Shown here one piece after another: positions 21,869-33,772 of a DNA stretch of 64,000 bases. Location: contig CM102286.1 of the NCBI GenBank assembly GCA_046563655.1, positions 14,880,001 through 14,944,000 of the forward strand. Direction: 5' to 3'. The notes under the pieces are model-generated. The model had not been told where the DNA came from. It did no database searches and saw nothing but the letters and a program-made list of their open reading frames with translations. The position numbers and the translations under genes are program-made. Source of the stretch: Yuukianura sp. NJ FZ-2021 (Eukaryota). Numbering within the stretch: the stretch's first letter is position 1; every line of letters begins with the position of its first letter.

Positions 21869-24800
21869 ATGGACTCCATGACGTTAAAGCGGGAAGTTGC
21901 AGCAGTGCTGCAGGACGTTCCGAATCATACTCTGCCGTTGTTCAAGTTTCGTGAAATGTTTGAACGGCGGTACCGTCGGTCCGTATCGACTTCCGACTTG
22001 TACCGAATGCGAGATGTCGTTTCGATTTCGGACAATTCCAATTCAGTCGGAATGGGCGGTAGGAAGATTTCACTTTCGGAGGAATGGACTGTCGAGGTAA
22101 CAAAAAAAAGACGGTTTCGATGTAAAATTTTGACCTTTGACCTTGACCTTTTAGGGTGACGATGGATTGAGTGTGTATTGTCACAGCCATCCTCCGTCGA
22201 TTCACGGTGGATTTGGATCAAACCGTCTCGGATGGGCCGAAAAAGAGATCGGTATTAATTTACCGAACGTGGAAATTGATTTTCGGACGTTGTCGGCACG
22301 GCTCGTGTCGGTTTTGGCTGCTCATCAAGGCGTATTTCCTCTATTCAGGTCCGTTTCACCCAAATTTAAAAAAAAACATAAAAAAACATGAAATTTTGAA
22401 ACTTTTTTTCCCCCCAAAATTTCAGTTTTTTGGATTGCTACGGTGCACAATTTGGTGGAATGAAGCGATTGGACGACGGCGGTGGTGTGCCATTGGAGCA
22501 CTTGATTGCGTCTGTGCATGGAGTGGAAATTACGCATGCGGAAAATGGAATGAAACGAGTTCAATGGAAGAACAAGGGAGAATTCGAAACTGGTAATTTC
22601 AAAATGTTTTTCAAGATTTTCTTTTTCTTTTTTTGAAATTTTTGGATTTGAAGGGTTCCCTGGTGGACATGTCCCGACCTACGACCCCTTAAGTCTCCCG
22701 CTGGCTCAACTGTCACGTGAATTGGTCGATCTGCTCAAAACGACTCCGCGCTGCTCAATTCCATTTTCAAAATTGATTCCCGCCTACCACCACCATTTCG
22801 GAAAACAGTGTCGTGTGGCAGACTATGGACATGTAACTCTCTCATCTCTTTTGCAAACACTGCCCAACACTATCCAAGTACTCGGAGAAGGAGCCAATCG
22901 GATCATCACTTTGGCACACAAGGCTCAAGTAAGGTCAAAGGTCATTGACCTTTTTTCGAAAACTGGCTTCCTGTTGTATTTGAAATGAAAGATGACTAAC
23001 CACTTATCACTTTCGCGAATCGCGACCACCTACCACTTATCACTTTCGCGAATCGCGACCACCTACCACTTTCCCGACCATTTATCACTTTTGCGAATCG
23101 CGACCACCTACCACTTTTCCGACCACTTATCACTTTTGCGAATCGCGACCACCTACCACTTTTCCGACCACTTATCACTTTTGCGAATCGCGACCACCTA
23201 CCACTTTTCCGACCACTTATCACTTTTGCGAATCGCGACCACCTACCACTTTTCCGACCACTTATCACTTTTGCGAATCGCGACCACCTACCACTTTTCC
23301 GACCACTTATCACTTTTGCGAATCGCGACCACCTACCACTTTTCCGACCACTTATCACTTTTGCGAATCGCGACCACCTACCACTTTCCCGATCACTTAT
23401 CACTTTCGCGAATCGCGACCACCTACCACTTTCCCGACCATTTATCACTTTCGCGACCACCACCTACCACTCTCCCACAGACCCTTTCCAAAAATTATAG
23501 AAAATTATTGACTTTTTGTTGTAATTAAAGTCAAACGTCATTGACCTTTTCTTAACAAAGTAATTGACTTTTTGTTGGATTTCACGTCAAACGTCATTGA
23601 GTTTTTTTCAAGAATGACTTTTTGTGGCATTTAAGGTCGAAAGTCATTGACCTTTTTAATAAATTGTTGACATTTTGCTATGTTTTAGATGAAACGTTTT
23701 GCCTCCGATGTGTTCCGAGTGCTCAAAGGTCAACCGGGAATCAAAAAGCAGATTCGAGTGGCTGACTTTCCGCAGTTGTTTGCTGTGACCTTTCCCTCCA
23801 GAAGTTTTTGTCCAGAAGACTACGGACTTTGCTTTTTTTCTGATCTTGTCACGGAATTAGTCGACCACTTTTCAATGATCACTTTGGTCCACAATGACCT
23901 CGGAGAAGAGATGCTTGCGATTCCCAAAAGAGAACAAACGCTGCATGAACAACAGAAAATGAAGATTTTCGCTGCCGAAGTCAGTTTTAAGCATTGCATT
24001 TAAAAATTTGTTTTCGGAAAGTCAAAATTTGTAATTTTGTTCAGGTTGTGGAACTCTTGCGACATTCCATCCGGTGTGAAATGCAATTTTCGAAATTCAT
24101 TCCCTCGTATCACCACCATTTTGGAAAACAATGCAGAGTGTCTGATTATGGATTTACGAAATTAGCGGAACTTTTTGACGCAATTTCGGACACCGTGAGT
24201 TGCGAATTCGCAAATTGTGCAATCGAGGCCACCACGGAAGAAAAAATTCTGCGTTTGACTCCTAAGGAACAAGTGAAGGTAAAACTTTTTCAATTTTTGC
24301 ACATGTGCAGTACTGATTTTAAAAAGTTTCTTTGCAGGTCGTTGGAGGTCAAATCCGAGAAGTTGTTGAAAAGCAACTGGAGATCGGACTTGTGACGAGA
24401 GTTAGTGACCTTGAAGAAATTTTTCTGGCTCAACATGGATTTGCACTGAGAGTTGACCTCTGCGGAGCCTCTGACCTGCGTGACCTTTTGCATCGACTGT
24501 TGTTCCCCTGGGTCAAGGTGGAGGGGGAAGTGATTCGGATTGTGGCAGAGGAGGAGAAGCGACTGCGCATGACGGGGGAGGAGCTTATTGCGACTTACGC
24601 GGGAACTGGAGTCTTTGAAATGGAAAAAGGCTTTGGGCAGTTGGACATTGGAGAGCAGGGCATGACCTCCGCTGACCTTGAAGAAAAATTTAACAAACTC
24701 CGAATTTTCGGAGAGGAAGTCCGAACTTTGCTAGAGGAAGCGGGAGGGTACTTGGGAATTCAAAATATTGAGGCAGCATATAGTCAAAAGTAAGAATTCG

Positions 24801-25826
24801 GAGTTTTGGAGACAAAAAAAAAATTTCAAAATTTCAAATTTTTAAAATTGAAAATTTTCAGATATGGGCGACCACTGATCCCTAGTGTTTTTGGCTGCAA
24901 TTCGTTGATGACCTTGCTCCAATCCATTCCAGAAGTTGCTTCACTGCGAGGAAAATTTCGATCCAGAAGAATTCTTGTTCTGAACAAAGTGAATACCGGT
25001 GAAAACCGAAATCACGGGGGCGGGGCTTACCGTGGCGGGAAATTTTTCGGTTCTGAAAACCGAAACCAAGATGGCGGGCACAACACTGCCCGCAATGCAC
25101 ACAACGGGCACAACAACGTTCATTCTGTGCCGACGCAACCGCAAACTGTTCCTCCACCACTGTTTTCACCCATTCTGCCGTCACCGGCTTTCCGACCACG
25201 TGACACGAACATTTTCAATTTTGAACAAGCAACTTCTCTCAGTTCACCGGTAAGTTTTAAAAAAATTCAAATTTTTGAAAAAAAGATTTCAAAAACGAAC
25301 TTTTTCAAAATTTTATGATAGGTGTATGACATTTGGGTTGGAGACAACGGTGCCCAGGGTTCACCACCCCCGTCATCCCCATCGTTTGTCTGGGCTTACC
25401 ATCCATTTTGCTACCCACCGCCCCCACCCCCTCAGGGGTCGCCAAACATGTTCGTAAGTTCAATTAGTTTAACTAATTTAACTAACTTTAACACTAAAAT
25501 ATTTTAACTTTTAGTTTAACTTTTACTTTTAACTTTTACTTTTAACTTTTACTTTTAACTTTTACTTTTAACTTTTACTTTTAACTTTTACTTTTAACTT
25601 TTACTTTTAACTTTTACTTTTAACTTTTACTTTTAACTTTTACTTTTAACTTTTACTTTTAACTTTTACTTTTAACTTTTACTTTTAACTTTTACTTTTA
25701 ACTTTTACTTTTTAGATTCCAAGTTTCTCCTATGCTCTCTGGAACTCAAATCAGCCCAGCCAACCACCCCTGATGAGTCCACCAGCATTTGAAGTTGAGC
25801 GTCCACCGCCAGCTCCAGTGCAGTAG
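21869..25826 (+). CDS. MARF1: MARF1/Limkain-b1-like protein made of OST-HTH (LOTUS) repeats, multi-exon
   Basis: LPLFKFREMFERRY, PFSKLIPAYHHHFGKQCRVADYG, QVLGEGANRIITLAHKAQMKRF, FSKFIPSYHHHFGKQCRVSDYGFTKL and a Pro-rich tail. TAG at 25824-25826. Confidence 0.85.
22998..23472. repeat. 45-bp minisatellite, about 10 copies, inside a MARF1 intron
   Basis: Unit GACCACTTATCACTTTTGCGAATCGCGACCACCTACCACTTTTCC, with near-identical copies. Confidence 0.95.
25515..25712. repeat. 13-bp tandem repeat (TTTTAACTTTTAC)n, about 15 copies, in the last MARF1 intron
   Basis: Directly visible. It ends at the TTTTAG acceptor at about 25715. Confidence 0.95.
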
Positions 25827-25983
25827 TGACCTCTTGACCTCGTCAAAGTCACACCCTGACTGAAAACTTCAGATTTAAACTATTCTGCACAAAATTTTAT
25901 TTGAGTTTTGTTTAGAATTAGTAAATCAGGAAGATTTTTCAGAAAACTGCCCACAAATGCTCTTTTATTTTGAAATTTAGAAT

Positions 25984-28028
25984 TCAAGTGATTTGTTGAT
26001 GAGCAGAGACGACTGGAGAAGAGTTGTCCAGTGTATCAAATTGCTCACGATCTTTCTGTTTGGCCAAAACAGCCATAACTTCACACACGTGATCATCCAG
26101 AGCAAAAGAAGCAATTATCACGTTAGCAATCGCAACAAAAAACAGTCCGAAAATTAAAAATGAATTTGTTTTGTCCAGAGTTCGTTCCGAGAATTCAAAA
26201 CGAGACACAATCACGTAACCGATTCCGACCATAATCTACAAAAAGTAAAAACAAAAGTTAGGAAAATCCCGAGGTCAGAACAGATAAAACATCAGACAAA
26301 GTCAAAAGTCGGCGATGGTCAGGAAAGTCAAATGTCAGGAAAAGTCAAAAGTCATCAAAGTTCAAATGTAAAAAAAGTCAAAAAGTCATGCAGTAAACGG
26401 CAAAAAAGTCAAACGGTCAGTAAAAGTCAGATGTCAAAAAAGGTAAAAAATCAACAAAGGTCAAGCAAAATCTTAAGGCAGTCAGAAGTCAAATTTCAGC
26501 AAAAGTCAAAAGTCACTAAAGTTCGAAGCCCGAAAAAAGCAGCAAAAGTCAAAGGTCAAAAGTCAGCAAAAGTCAAAGGTCAAAAGAGGTCAAATGTGCC
26601 CTTACTTCGACGAAGATACAAGAGCAGATGAGGAAGTAGTTGAGAGCAGGGTAGGAGTGAGCATTAGAGTAGGCGACGACGAAGCGTAGTTGAGAGGCTG
26701 ATGCTGAGAGGAGAGCTAGCGTCATGATGGCGTGTGAGAGGGCCATGGACTTGCGCTGAACGAGTAAACTCGCTGCAGCAGCCCCAGCCAGCCCCTCAGG
26801 GCTGTTTAGATGTTTAGTCTTGGTTGACCCGTAAGGGGGTCCATATCCCCCTCCTACCGATTCCACAATTGAGTCTGAGTTCTTGAAAGGTCAAAGGTCA
26901 ACTTTAGAATGTTACGTACATGGTCCTCAAAGGAAGGGAGAGGAGCGTGAGTCAGAGGCCCAACGGCCCCACGTCTTACAGAAAGGTAGCGACGAAAAGC
27001 GTCCACGTCAGTCACACACTCCGGGATTTCTATCGGCAGAGTAGGCAGGTCGTGACGTGTCAACTGCTGATTGGACGAATTCCCGGCTCCTCCCCCTCCA
27101 CGACTGTTTCCGACACTTCCCGAACGATTTACGCGGGCATTTGAGCCTGAGGCGAGGTAGTTTCCATTTCCACTCAGAGAAGCTCCGGATCCTACAAAAT
27201 TCAAAATTTTAGAGGGAGTAACTATTTCCTGAAAAATAGTCTAAAAAAGTTAATGGAGGGAGTAACTATTTCTCGAAAATTAACCATATCGCTTACCGCC
27301 GCGGTCTCGGCTGCTTCTTTTTGCATCCGAATTCCCTTGACCTTGGTTGACCTCTTTGCTTTTACTTGTTTTTCGTGTCACTTTTTTGTCTTCACTTTGA
27401 CCTCTGTCTCTGTCCCGACCTGTACTGCTGCTCGTCCCTCCAGAACCCTTCTTGATGTTCACTTGTTTGTCCTTTCTGGTCAACTTTGGATCACGATTTC
27501 TGCTCTGCGTGCGACTCATTCTGAGCGACGTGCTGGATTCGTACTGGTCGTTGTCCTCTTCGTCGTCATCCTCCTCAGGCTCAGCTCCATCTTCGTCAAA
27601 ATCTTCATCTCGATCCGAATATCGGTCAGAAGTTGTAGATTTCTGAGGAAGTGGCGAAGGCATGCGCAGAATGGATGCTCCAAGACGTGGACTTGGTGCT
27701 GGCACTGGGGCTGGACTGCGCTCAGCTGATCCGAGATCGGTTCTGCTCTGACTCTGTCGGTCGTAGTACGAGAATGGATTGGCGGGAATGTCAAACGGTC
27801 GCTGATGTCGCCCGACTGGACGGCTCAGCTCGTCTTCAGCCTAAAAAAAAATAAATTTTAGAACAGTTTTGTTTGAAATTTTGAATTTGGCGGGATTACC
27901 TCATCGTCTTCTGTGATTGGTGGACGACGAGAAGAGAGACTGTAGGCAGCAGCAGCAGCTTCTTCCTCTTCCACTTCTCGTTGATGGTTGACCGTATTGG
28001 TCAACTTTTTGGCCAACTTCCGATTCAT
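25984..28028 (-). CDS. Ninjurin-family protein with a long disordered N-terminal extension, 5 exons, about 500 aa
   Basis: C-terminal RKSMALSHAIMTLALLSASASQLRFVV..FLICSCIFVE|IMVGIGYVIV..LDKTNSFLIFGLFFVAIANVIIASF matches the ninjurin pattern. Upstream exons splice in frame from the ATG at 28028. Confidence 0.75.
26262..26595. repeat. Intronic degenerate array of AAAAGTCA(AA) words
   Basis: More than 15 AAGTCA/AGGTCA words, all on one strand, in the last ninjurin intron. Confidence 0.7.
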
Positions 28029-28407
28029 TGTCCCAATTTACAAAAATGCGGCTTCAGCACAATGGCAAATAAAAACTAAAATACGGAGAAAAAATAAAAT
28101 TCAACAACGATCAGCTTTCCGAAAAAAAAACTTGTAAAAAACAAACAGCGACTTTGGTCGTTGTCCGTGACAACAAATTTTGATCACAATTAAAAATCAT
28201 GAAATAGAATATATAAAATAAAGTCAGAAAACACAAAAATAAGCGAGATTTTAAACTTTGACGAAAGTGAGTATTACTGGTAACATGACTTGAGGGAGAT
28301 CATTAGTTAAGTAAAGCTTTGCAGTTCGCTGCAACGCTCATTACTTTAAAATTTTGATAAAAATCTTTCAAAATATTTGCTGATTTTTGTAAGATTGTGG
28401 TGGAATG

Positions 28408-29925
28408 TTAGATTTTCTTGGTGAGGATGTAGAGACTGAAACGAACAGAGCCAACGCCCTCTCGTGAGTAGTACAAATCCATGTTTTCCTCAAACGCTCT
28501 GCAAATCACTGGAATGAAAACATCATCTAGAAAGAAAAAAGTAAAAAATCAGTCCATATTTTGAGATATCGATGGATAAAATTGGATAAGTTATCGAAAT
28601 ATCTTGGATAAACTGACGAGTGGGGTCATTGAATTGGACGAAGATGTACGGAGTCCAGTTCCAGCGCCCTTTCTTGTCCTTGAGGTTGTCCGGCTTCCCT
28701 TGTTTCTTGATTCCTTCCTTAAATACGGCTACTGGAACGCCTGGAGCTGGATAGTAGGTCACGCTGCCCATCGTCGTTTCCTCGGGCCCGTCCGGCATGC
28801 AGTGAATTCCGACATGAGTTTTCTGGAGAATTGAAATTTTAAACATTTTCGTGCAACAGTTGTAGTTTTTGGCTCAAAAGTTAGAAGTGTTTACTACCAT
28901 AAAATCAGTCCGAGCTTTCTGGTTGTTGTAGGGCGCATGTTTTTTCATTGCTTCCATGTAAACGTTGAAGTAACGACGGGAGGGGTCGGCATTGTCGTAG
29001 TTCTTTTTCAAATAGGATTCGAGTTTAGCCATTGGTTTTGGTTGCCAGTCGAAAATCTGTTGAGAAATAACGTATTTTGTAAACTTGATGTCACGTGACA
29101 CGTAATGTTAAAAAATGGAAGTTACGTGGTTGAAACGAATGAGAACACAGGGTTTGCCGTCTTTGTAGCCAAAGTTGTTGGCTGCAGTGCAGCCACCGGC
29201 ATTTCCCACATCTGTCGAGAGATAACAAAGTTAGGAGATAAAAAGTATCCGATATTGTAAGATAATCGATGAAATATCGGTAAGATACTTGGTCTTACTG
29301 TACTGATTGATTTCAGAAACAGTTTTCCCGAGTCGTTTGCTGTAGATTTCCCAGCTGTTTGAGATGTTGAGACTGTAGTAAATTGTGTAGCTCTGGATTC
29401 GTTCAAAGTCTTTGGCTTTCGACGTGATCGGAGCAGTGGGAAATACACTCAGCCCAGTAGCAGTACCCAGAATGACCGGTTCTGCTCTGCTCAGGCCCGT
29501 AATTCCTGGCTTCAGGTCACCCGAAGTCTGGATCAGAATGATCAACCAGAGGAAGAAGAACGTGAACACGAAAAAGTAGTACATGATGTAGAAGATGAAG
29601 ATTTGCACTGAAATAACAACAATATAACATCCATAGTACATCAGTATCCAGCCAATTGGTGGTAGAGGTTACATAATCAGCTGATCAACTCACACCAACT
29701 GATTCCACCTCTGCCCAGAACCCGTTTTGTGGTGGGATTGTAGATGAACTCTCCGAGCTGGGCCATTTTGGACTTGTCTTCGTCTTCCATTCCAGTCATG
29801 TCCAATTTGGAAGGAGCCATGGACTCCCCCGGTAACTGCTCACCACCATCCTTGGCTCTTGATTCAGTCGGAGCCGGTGGAGCTTCACCTTTGACATCAT
29901 TCGGCTCAGTACCTTCGCTGGCCAT
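28408..29925 (-). CDS. Na+/K+-ATPase beta-subunit-like (nervana family, divergent), multi-exon
   Basis: FIYNPTTKRVLGRGGISW, a TM helix, GCTAANNFGYKDGKPCVLIRFNH|IFDWQP, YYP, PYIFVQF and ICRAF..GSVRFSL. Confidence 0.85.
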
Positions 29926-30528
29926 CGTCAATCAGTCGATCTATGAAAAAGAGATGGTAGATTAATCACAAAAACTTAAGTTAATTGATCGCATGTTGAG
30001 TAATAATGAATCTCACCACGAACGACGATAAACAAAGAACGAGATATTTGAAAAGTTTCACTCCCGCCTGCTTGCTACACACAAAGAGACGTCTCAAAGA
30101 GGGGGTTGACAAATCGCGAGAATCGCAGATTCTCGCGGGAATAAAAAACGTAAAGTGCGGGAAATCTAATTCCGCCAATCAAGGTTGGTTGGTAGAGCAG
30201 CCGTTTTGAAAAAAAAACATACTTTTTGAGCTGGCTGACTGCAATCAGCTAACTGCATCTGTTGCTATGACGATTTTTAATTTTTAATTTCAGAGCGATG
30301 AATGGAAATGCACTTGTGATGTAGGATGAGGAAGAGGATTTATGTGAAGAAAATATTATATAGTAATTATGATAGTTTTTATTGTGCCAATTCGGTTTAT
30401 GGTACTTTTTTAAATATTAAATATCAATAAATTAAGTATAATTTATAAGTTATAAATTATAATTTATAAATATAAATCAGAATTTTCCAGTGAAAGTGGT
30501 TATAGCTAATAGAATTTTTGCTTTTGTT

Positions 30529-31332
30529 TTAGCATTTGCAACCAACGGAGCACTTTGATCCTTCTGAGTCTCCGCACTTGCAAGTTACCTCGCAGCATTT
30601 TCCAGCATCTCCGCACTTGCATGTCACTGTGCAGCAATTTCCAGCATCTCCGCACTTGCAAGTTACCTCGCAGCATTTTTCAGCATCGCCGCACTTGCAA
30701 GATACTGTCAACGTGCAGCAGTCGGGTTTTCCAGCATCTTCACACTTGCAAGTCACTGTGAAGACGCAGCATTCCGGTTTTCCAGCATCTCCGCATTTGC
30801 AAGATACTGTCGCTGTGCAGCAGTCGGAATTATCTCCGCACTTGGAAGTCGTCACCGTGCAGCAATCGGATTTTCCAGCATCTCCGCACTTGGAAGTTGT
30901 CACTGTGCAGCAGTCGGACTTTCCAGCATCTCCGCCCTTGCAAGTTATAACGCAGCAGTCGCATTTCTCAGCATCTCCGCACTTGCAAGATACTGTGAAG
31001 ACGCAGCATTTTCCAGCATCTCCTCGCTTGCCGGATACTGTCAACACACAGCAGTCGGATTTTCCAGCATTTCCGCACTTGCAGGCTACTGTTATTTTGC
31101 AGCAGTCGGATTTTCCAGTTGCTTCACACGATTGAGCAGTTGTGGTTTCTGTAAATGGAAAAAAGTTACAATCGTGCTAGGAATTTAGAAAATTCGTTAA
31201 AAAAAAACTTGAAAAGAAGAGTTGTAGAAAGGCAAATTTTGAAAAGAAGAGTTGAAAAAAGGCAAATTTAAAAAAGAACAATTTTAAGAAATGAAGATTT
31301 TGAAAAGTTGACTTACTTTGACAGCAGGACAT
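30529..31332 (-). CDS. Long repeat-built metallothionein-like protein, 211 aa with 50 Cys, 2 exons (31332-31317, 31148-30529)
   Basis: MSCCQ|K.. followed by about 13 CC-x3-5-CKC-GDAGK-type repeats. No signal peptide, almost no aromatic residues, and an MRE cluster upstream. Confidence 0.85.
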
Positions 31333-31425
31333 TTTTGAAGAATGTTTTTTTCGTGGTAATACTTTGAGAAGTTTGTAGAAAAGTGAATTGGAAGTTAAGT
31401 TGAGCAAGTGAGTTAAGAACGGGAG

Positions 31426-31555
31426 CTTTTATATGATTTGCTTCCCCTTTTAGCGTTTGTTACTCTAACAAAGTGTCGAGTGCAAAATGAAGTGAGCCGT
31501 GTGCAACATTTTTAGTATCTACGGGCGGTGTGCAAAAGCAGAAGTTCCTCGTGCA
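31426..31555 (-). promoter_or_regulatory. Metallothionein promoter: TATA box plus three perfect and one near-perfect metal response elements (MTF-1 sites)
   Basis: Minus-strand TATAAAA at about 31427-31433, TGCACTC at 31484-31478, TGCACAC(GGC) at 31505-31499, TGCACAC(CGCCC) at 31534-31528 and TGCACGA at 31555-31549. Confidence 0.8.
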
Positions 31556-31886
31556 AACATTTTTCAACATAAGTGAGTAACAGGACAATGCCTCGCATGT
31601 AATTTCCATTGCTTCTTGCATTTCATAAGTTAAAGTTAAATTAATTTAGTTCCAATGGGTTTCTTATGCAACTAAAATTAAAAGCCAATGCAGGTTATCC
31701 GTTTTCGAAGCGCGTAAATTCAAAAATCGTGCATTTCAAATTCCAAAATGCTTCACTCCAAAAAAACATTTAAAAAAACTGTTACGTACTCTCGTCTCGG
31801 GAAAGAATTAGACGAAATTTAATACTTATAATTAATACCAATTATCATCCATCATTAATCATTACAAATCCAGTCCTGTTGGTTCA

Positions 31887-32104
31887 GTAATTGTACTTTC
31901 GTTGTAATTGTACTTTCGTTGTAATTGTACTTTCGTTGTAATTGAACTTTCGTTGTAATTGTACTTTCGTTGTAATTGTACTTTCGTTGTAAATGGACTT
32001 TCGTTGTAAATGGACTTTCGTTGTAATTGGCTTCGGGGTAATTGGACTTTCGTTGTAATTGTTTTCGGGGAAATTCATTCGTGGTAATTCACTTCGTTGT
32101 AATT
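31887..32104. repeat. 17-bp minisatellite GTAATTGTACTTTCGTT, about 12 copies, degenerating to the right
   Basis: Directly visible. Confidence 0.95.
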
Positions 32105-32396
32105 CATTTGATGAAATGGCGTGCTCCCGTTTAAAACCTAGTCCAGTTTAAAAAAAAATGTTATGTGAAAGAAAAGTTTTCTATAAACTAAAATCTAAAA
32201 ATATACCTTTTGAACATAGTGGAAAAGGTAAAAAATAGTTGCTTCCATTTTTAAAAATTCATTAGCACAACAAATGAGAATTTTTACCTTGTTCCAAAAT
32301 TGTGGTACTTCTACCTCCAAATTTTCGCCTAAGAAAACTCCAATCTCTGTGTTTCCAAAAGTCATTTTGAAAACAAAAATTGTGAACATTTTAAAA

Positions 32397-33391
32397 ATGT
32401 GGTGTTGTGTGTCAACGCTTACAAACTGCATATTTGTTGTAACACTGCTAACAGTTACACGCTGCTTGAAATCGGAGGAAGCTAAAGGTCAAGGTCAAGC
32501 TAGAACATTTTTTAGGAAACTCAAAATTCCAAGAGGTAAAATTTATTTATTAGTGTTTTAACAAAAAGTATGGAGGAAAAGGTGGCATTTTTGCATTTTG
32601 TTCAAATTTTTGTGCAGGAAGCAGTCTGTCCCTGACGGCACAAGTGAGTCGTCCTAAACTCCTCCCGGAATTCATGGTAAACAAAGACGCAGTAATCAGT
32701 AAGTAAAAGAATTAATTGTTGTTCTAAGTTAATTAATTAAGTTGTTTAATTAAATTTCTTATTGCAGTGGACGGCGTAGTTGAATTGCCAATGTGGCTGG
32801 ACATTGACCGAATGGCAGACGCCCTCTATGGTGACACTGACGAAGATGGACCCACTGGACCAAAGTCTAACAACAACAAAATTCCACAGTTCAGAGGGAA
32901 AGAGCGGTACGTTTAAATTCCAGCAGTATTTTTAATTGTACATTTTTAAATTTATTAATTTGTAATAAATTGTTATCGTTTTAGGTGTTTACTTTACGAA
33001 GGATTGGCGTCAGCCCTGTCAACCTTGTTTTTCCTTCCAACCAAAAAGTCAAAATCATGTGTTCTTCGCGCCATTTGCGAAATGCATGAAGTCAAAACGT
33101 ACTACTTCCCCCACCAATGCCCAAGTTTTACATTTGAGATGATACTGCTCGTCTTGTCGTAAGTTTTTAATTAGTAAATAACTTATTTAACTTAACTACA
33201 ATTAGTTTAATTGTAGACCAAGCCTCGGCGGGAGACACGAATGCCATCAAGAGTACAGATCAGCTGAAGACGCAGGAATAAATGGCGCCTGTCACAAATC
33301 AACCACCGCTTGTCCATTTAACGTGTCTGCCCTCATTTTCAAAAAATTAGTTCCTCGTAATTGGATTCAGGATAATTTGATTAAAAAATAA
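32397..33391 (+). CDS. DM4/DM12-family secreted protein, 5 exons
   Basis: Hydrophobic N-terminus. The spliced product contains ER|CLLYEGLASAL..SCVLRAICEM and EYRSAEDAGINGACHKSTTACP. Confidence 0.7.
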
Positions 33392-33772
33392 TTTTTACTC
33401 AATTAACTAATTGATTATTTTAAAGTTCCTGCCTATCCCTGCGTGGCTACCTAATTCGTGGGGATAGGCAGAAACTGTTTGAAATCTCCATAAAAATCTG
33501 AAGAATTTTGCTATTGAAAACAAAAGTTTGAAGTTGTCTCAAAGTGCCTCTGGGTAGAATTTTCATGGCGCGTAATTCATATTCGCATGCTGTGAAAATC
33601 TTGATTTCAAAAATTTTCATTTTTTTCTGTATCACGTTTTTGTTTTATTCTCCAGTTTTCATTTTAATTGTTACTGATTAATCGTTTTTATGTCAATTAT
33701 AAGTTCAGCTTGCTAACCAATTACTTAAGGTGGTGCAACAATCAACCGGTATTTTGAAAAAGAGGAATTCAA

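Noticed and set aside
22998..23472. CRISPR-like array, or the 178-aa and 155-aa repeat ORFs
   Set aside because: The units are contiguous with no unique spacers and there are no cas genes. The array lies in a eukaryotic intron, and the ORFs arise because the 45-bp unit lacks stops in those frames.
26332..26631. Lys/Ser-rich 99-aa ORF resembling histone H1 or protamine
   Set aside because: It is a translation of the AAAAGTCA intronic array on the strand opposite ninjurin.
30536..31135. 199-aa plus-strand ORF (QHFPASPHL repeats)
   Set aside because: Antisense shadow of the metallothionein repeats, with no ATG start or independent signals.
31884..32078. 64-aa repetitive ORF
   Set aside because: Product of the 17-bp minisatellite.
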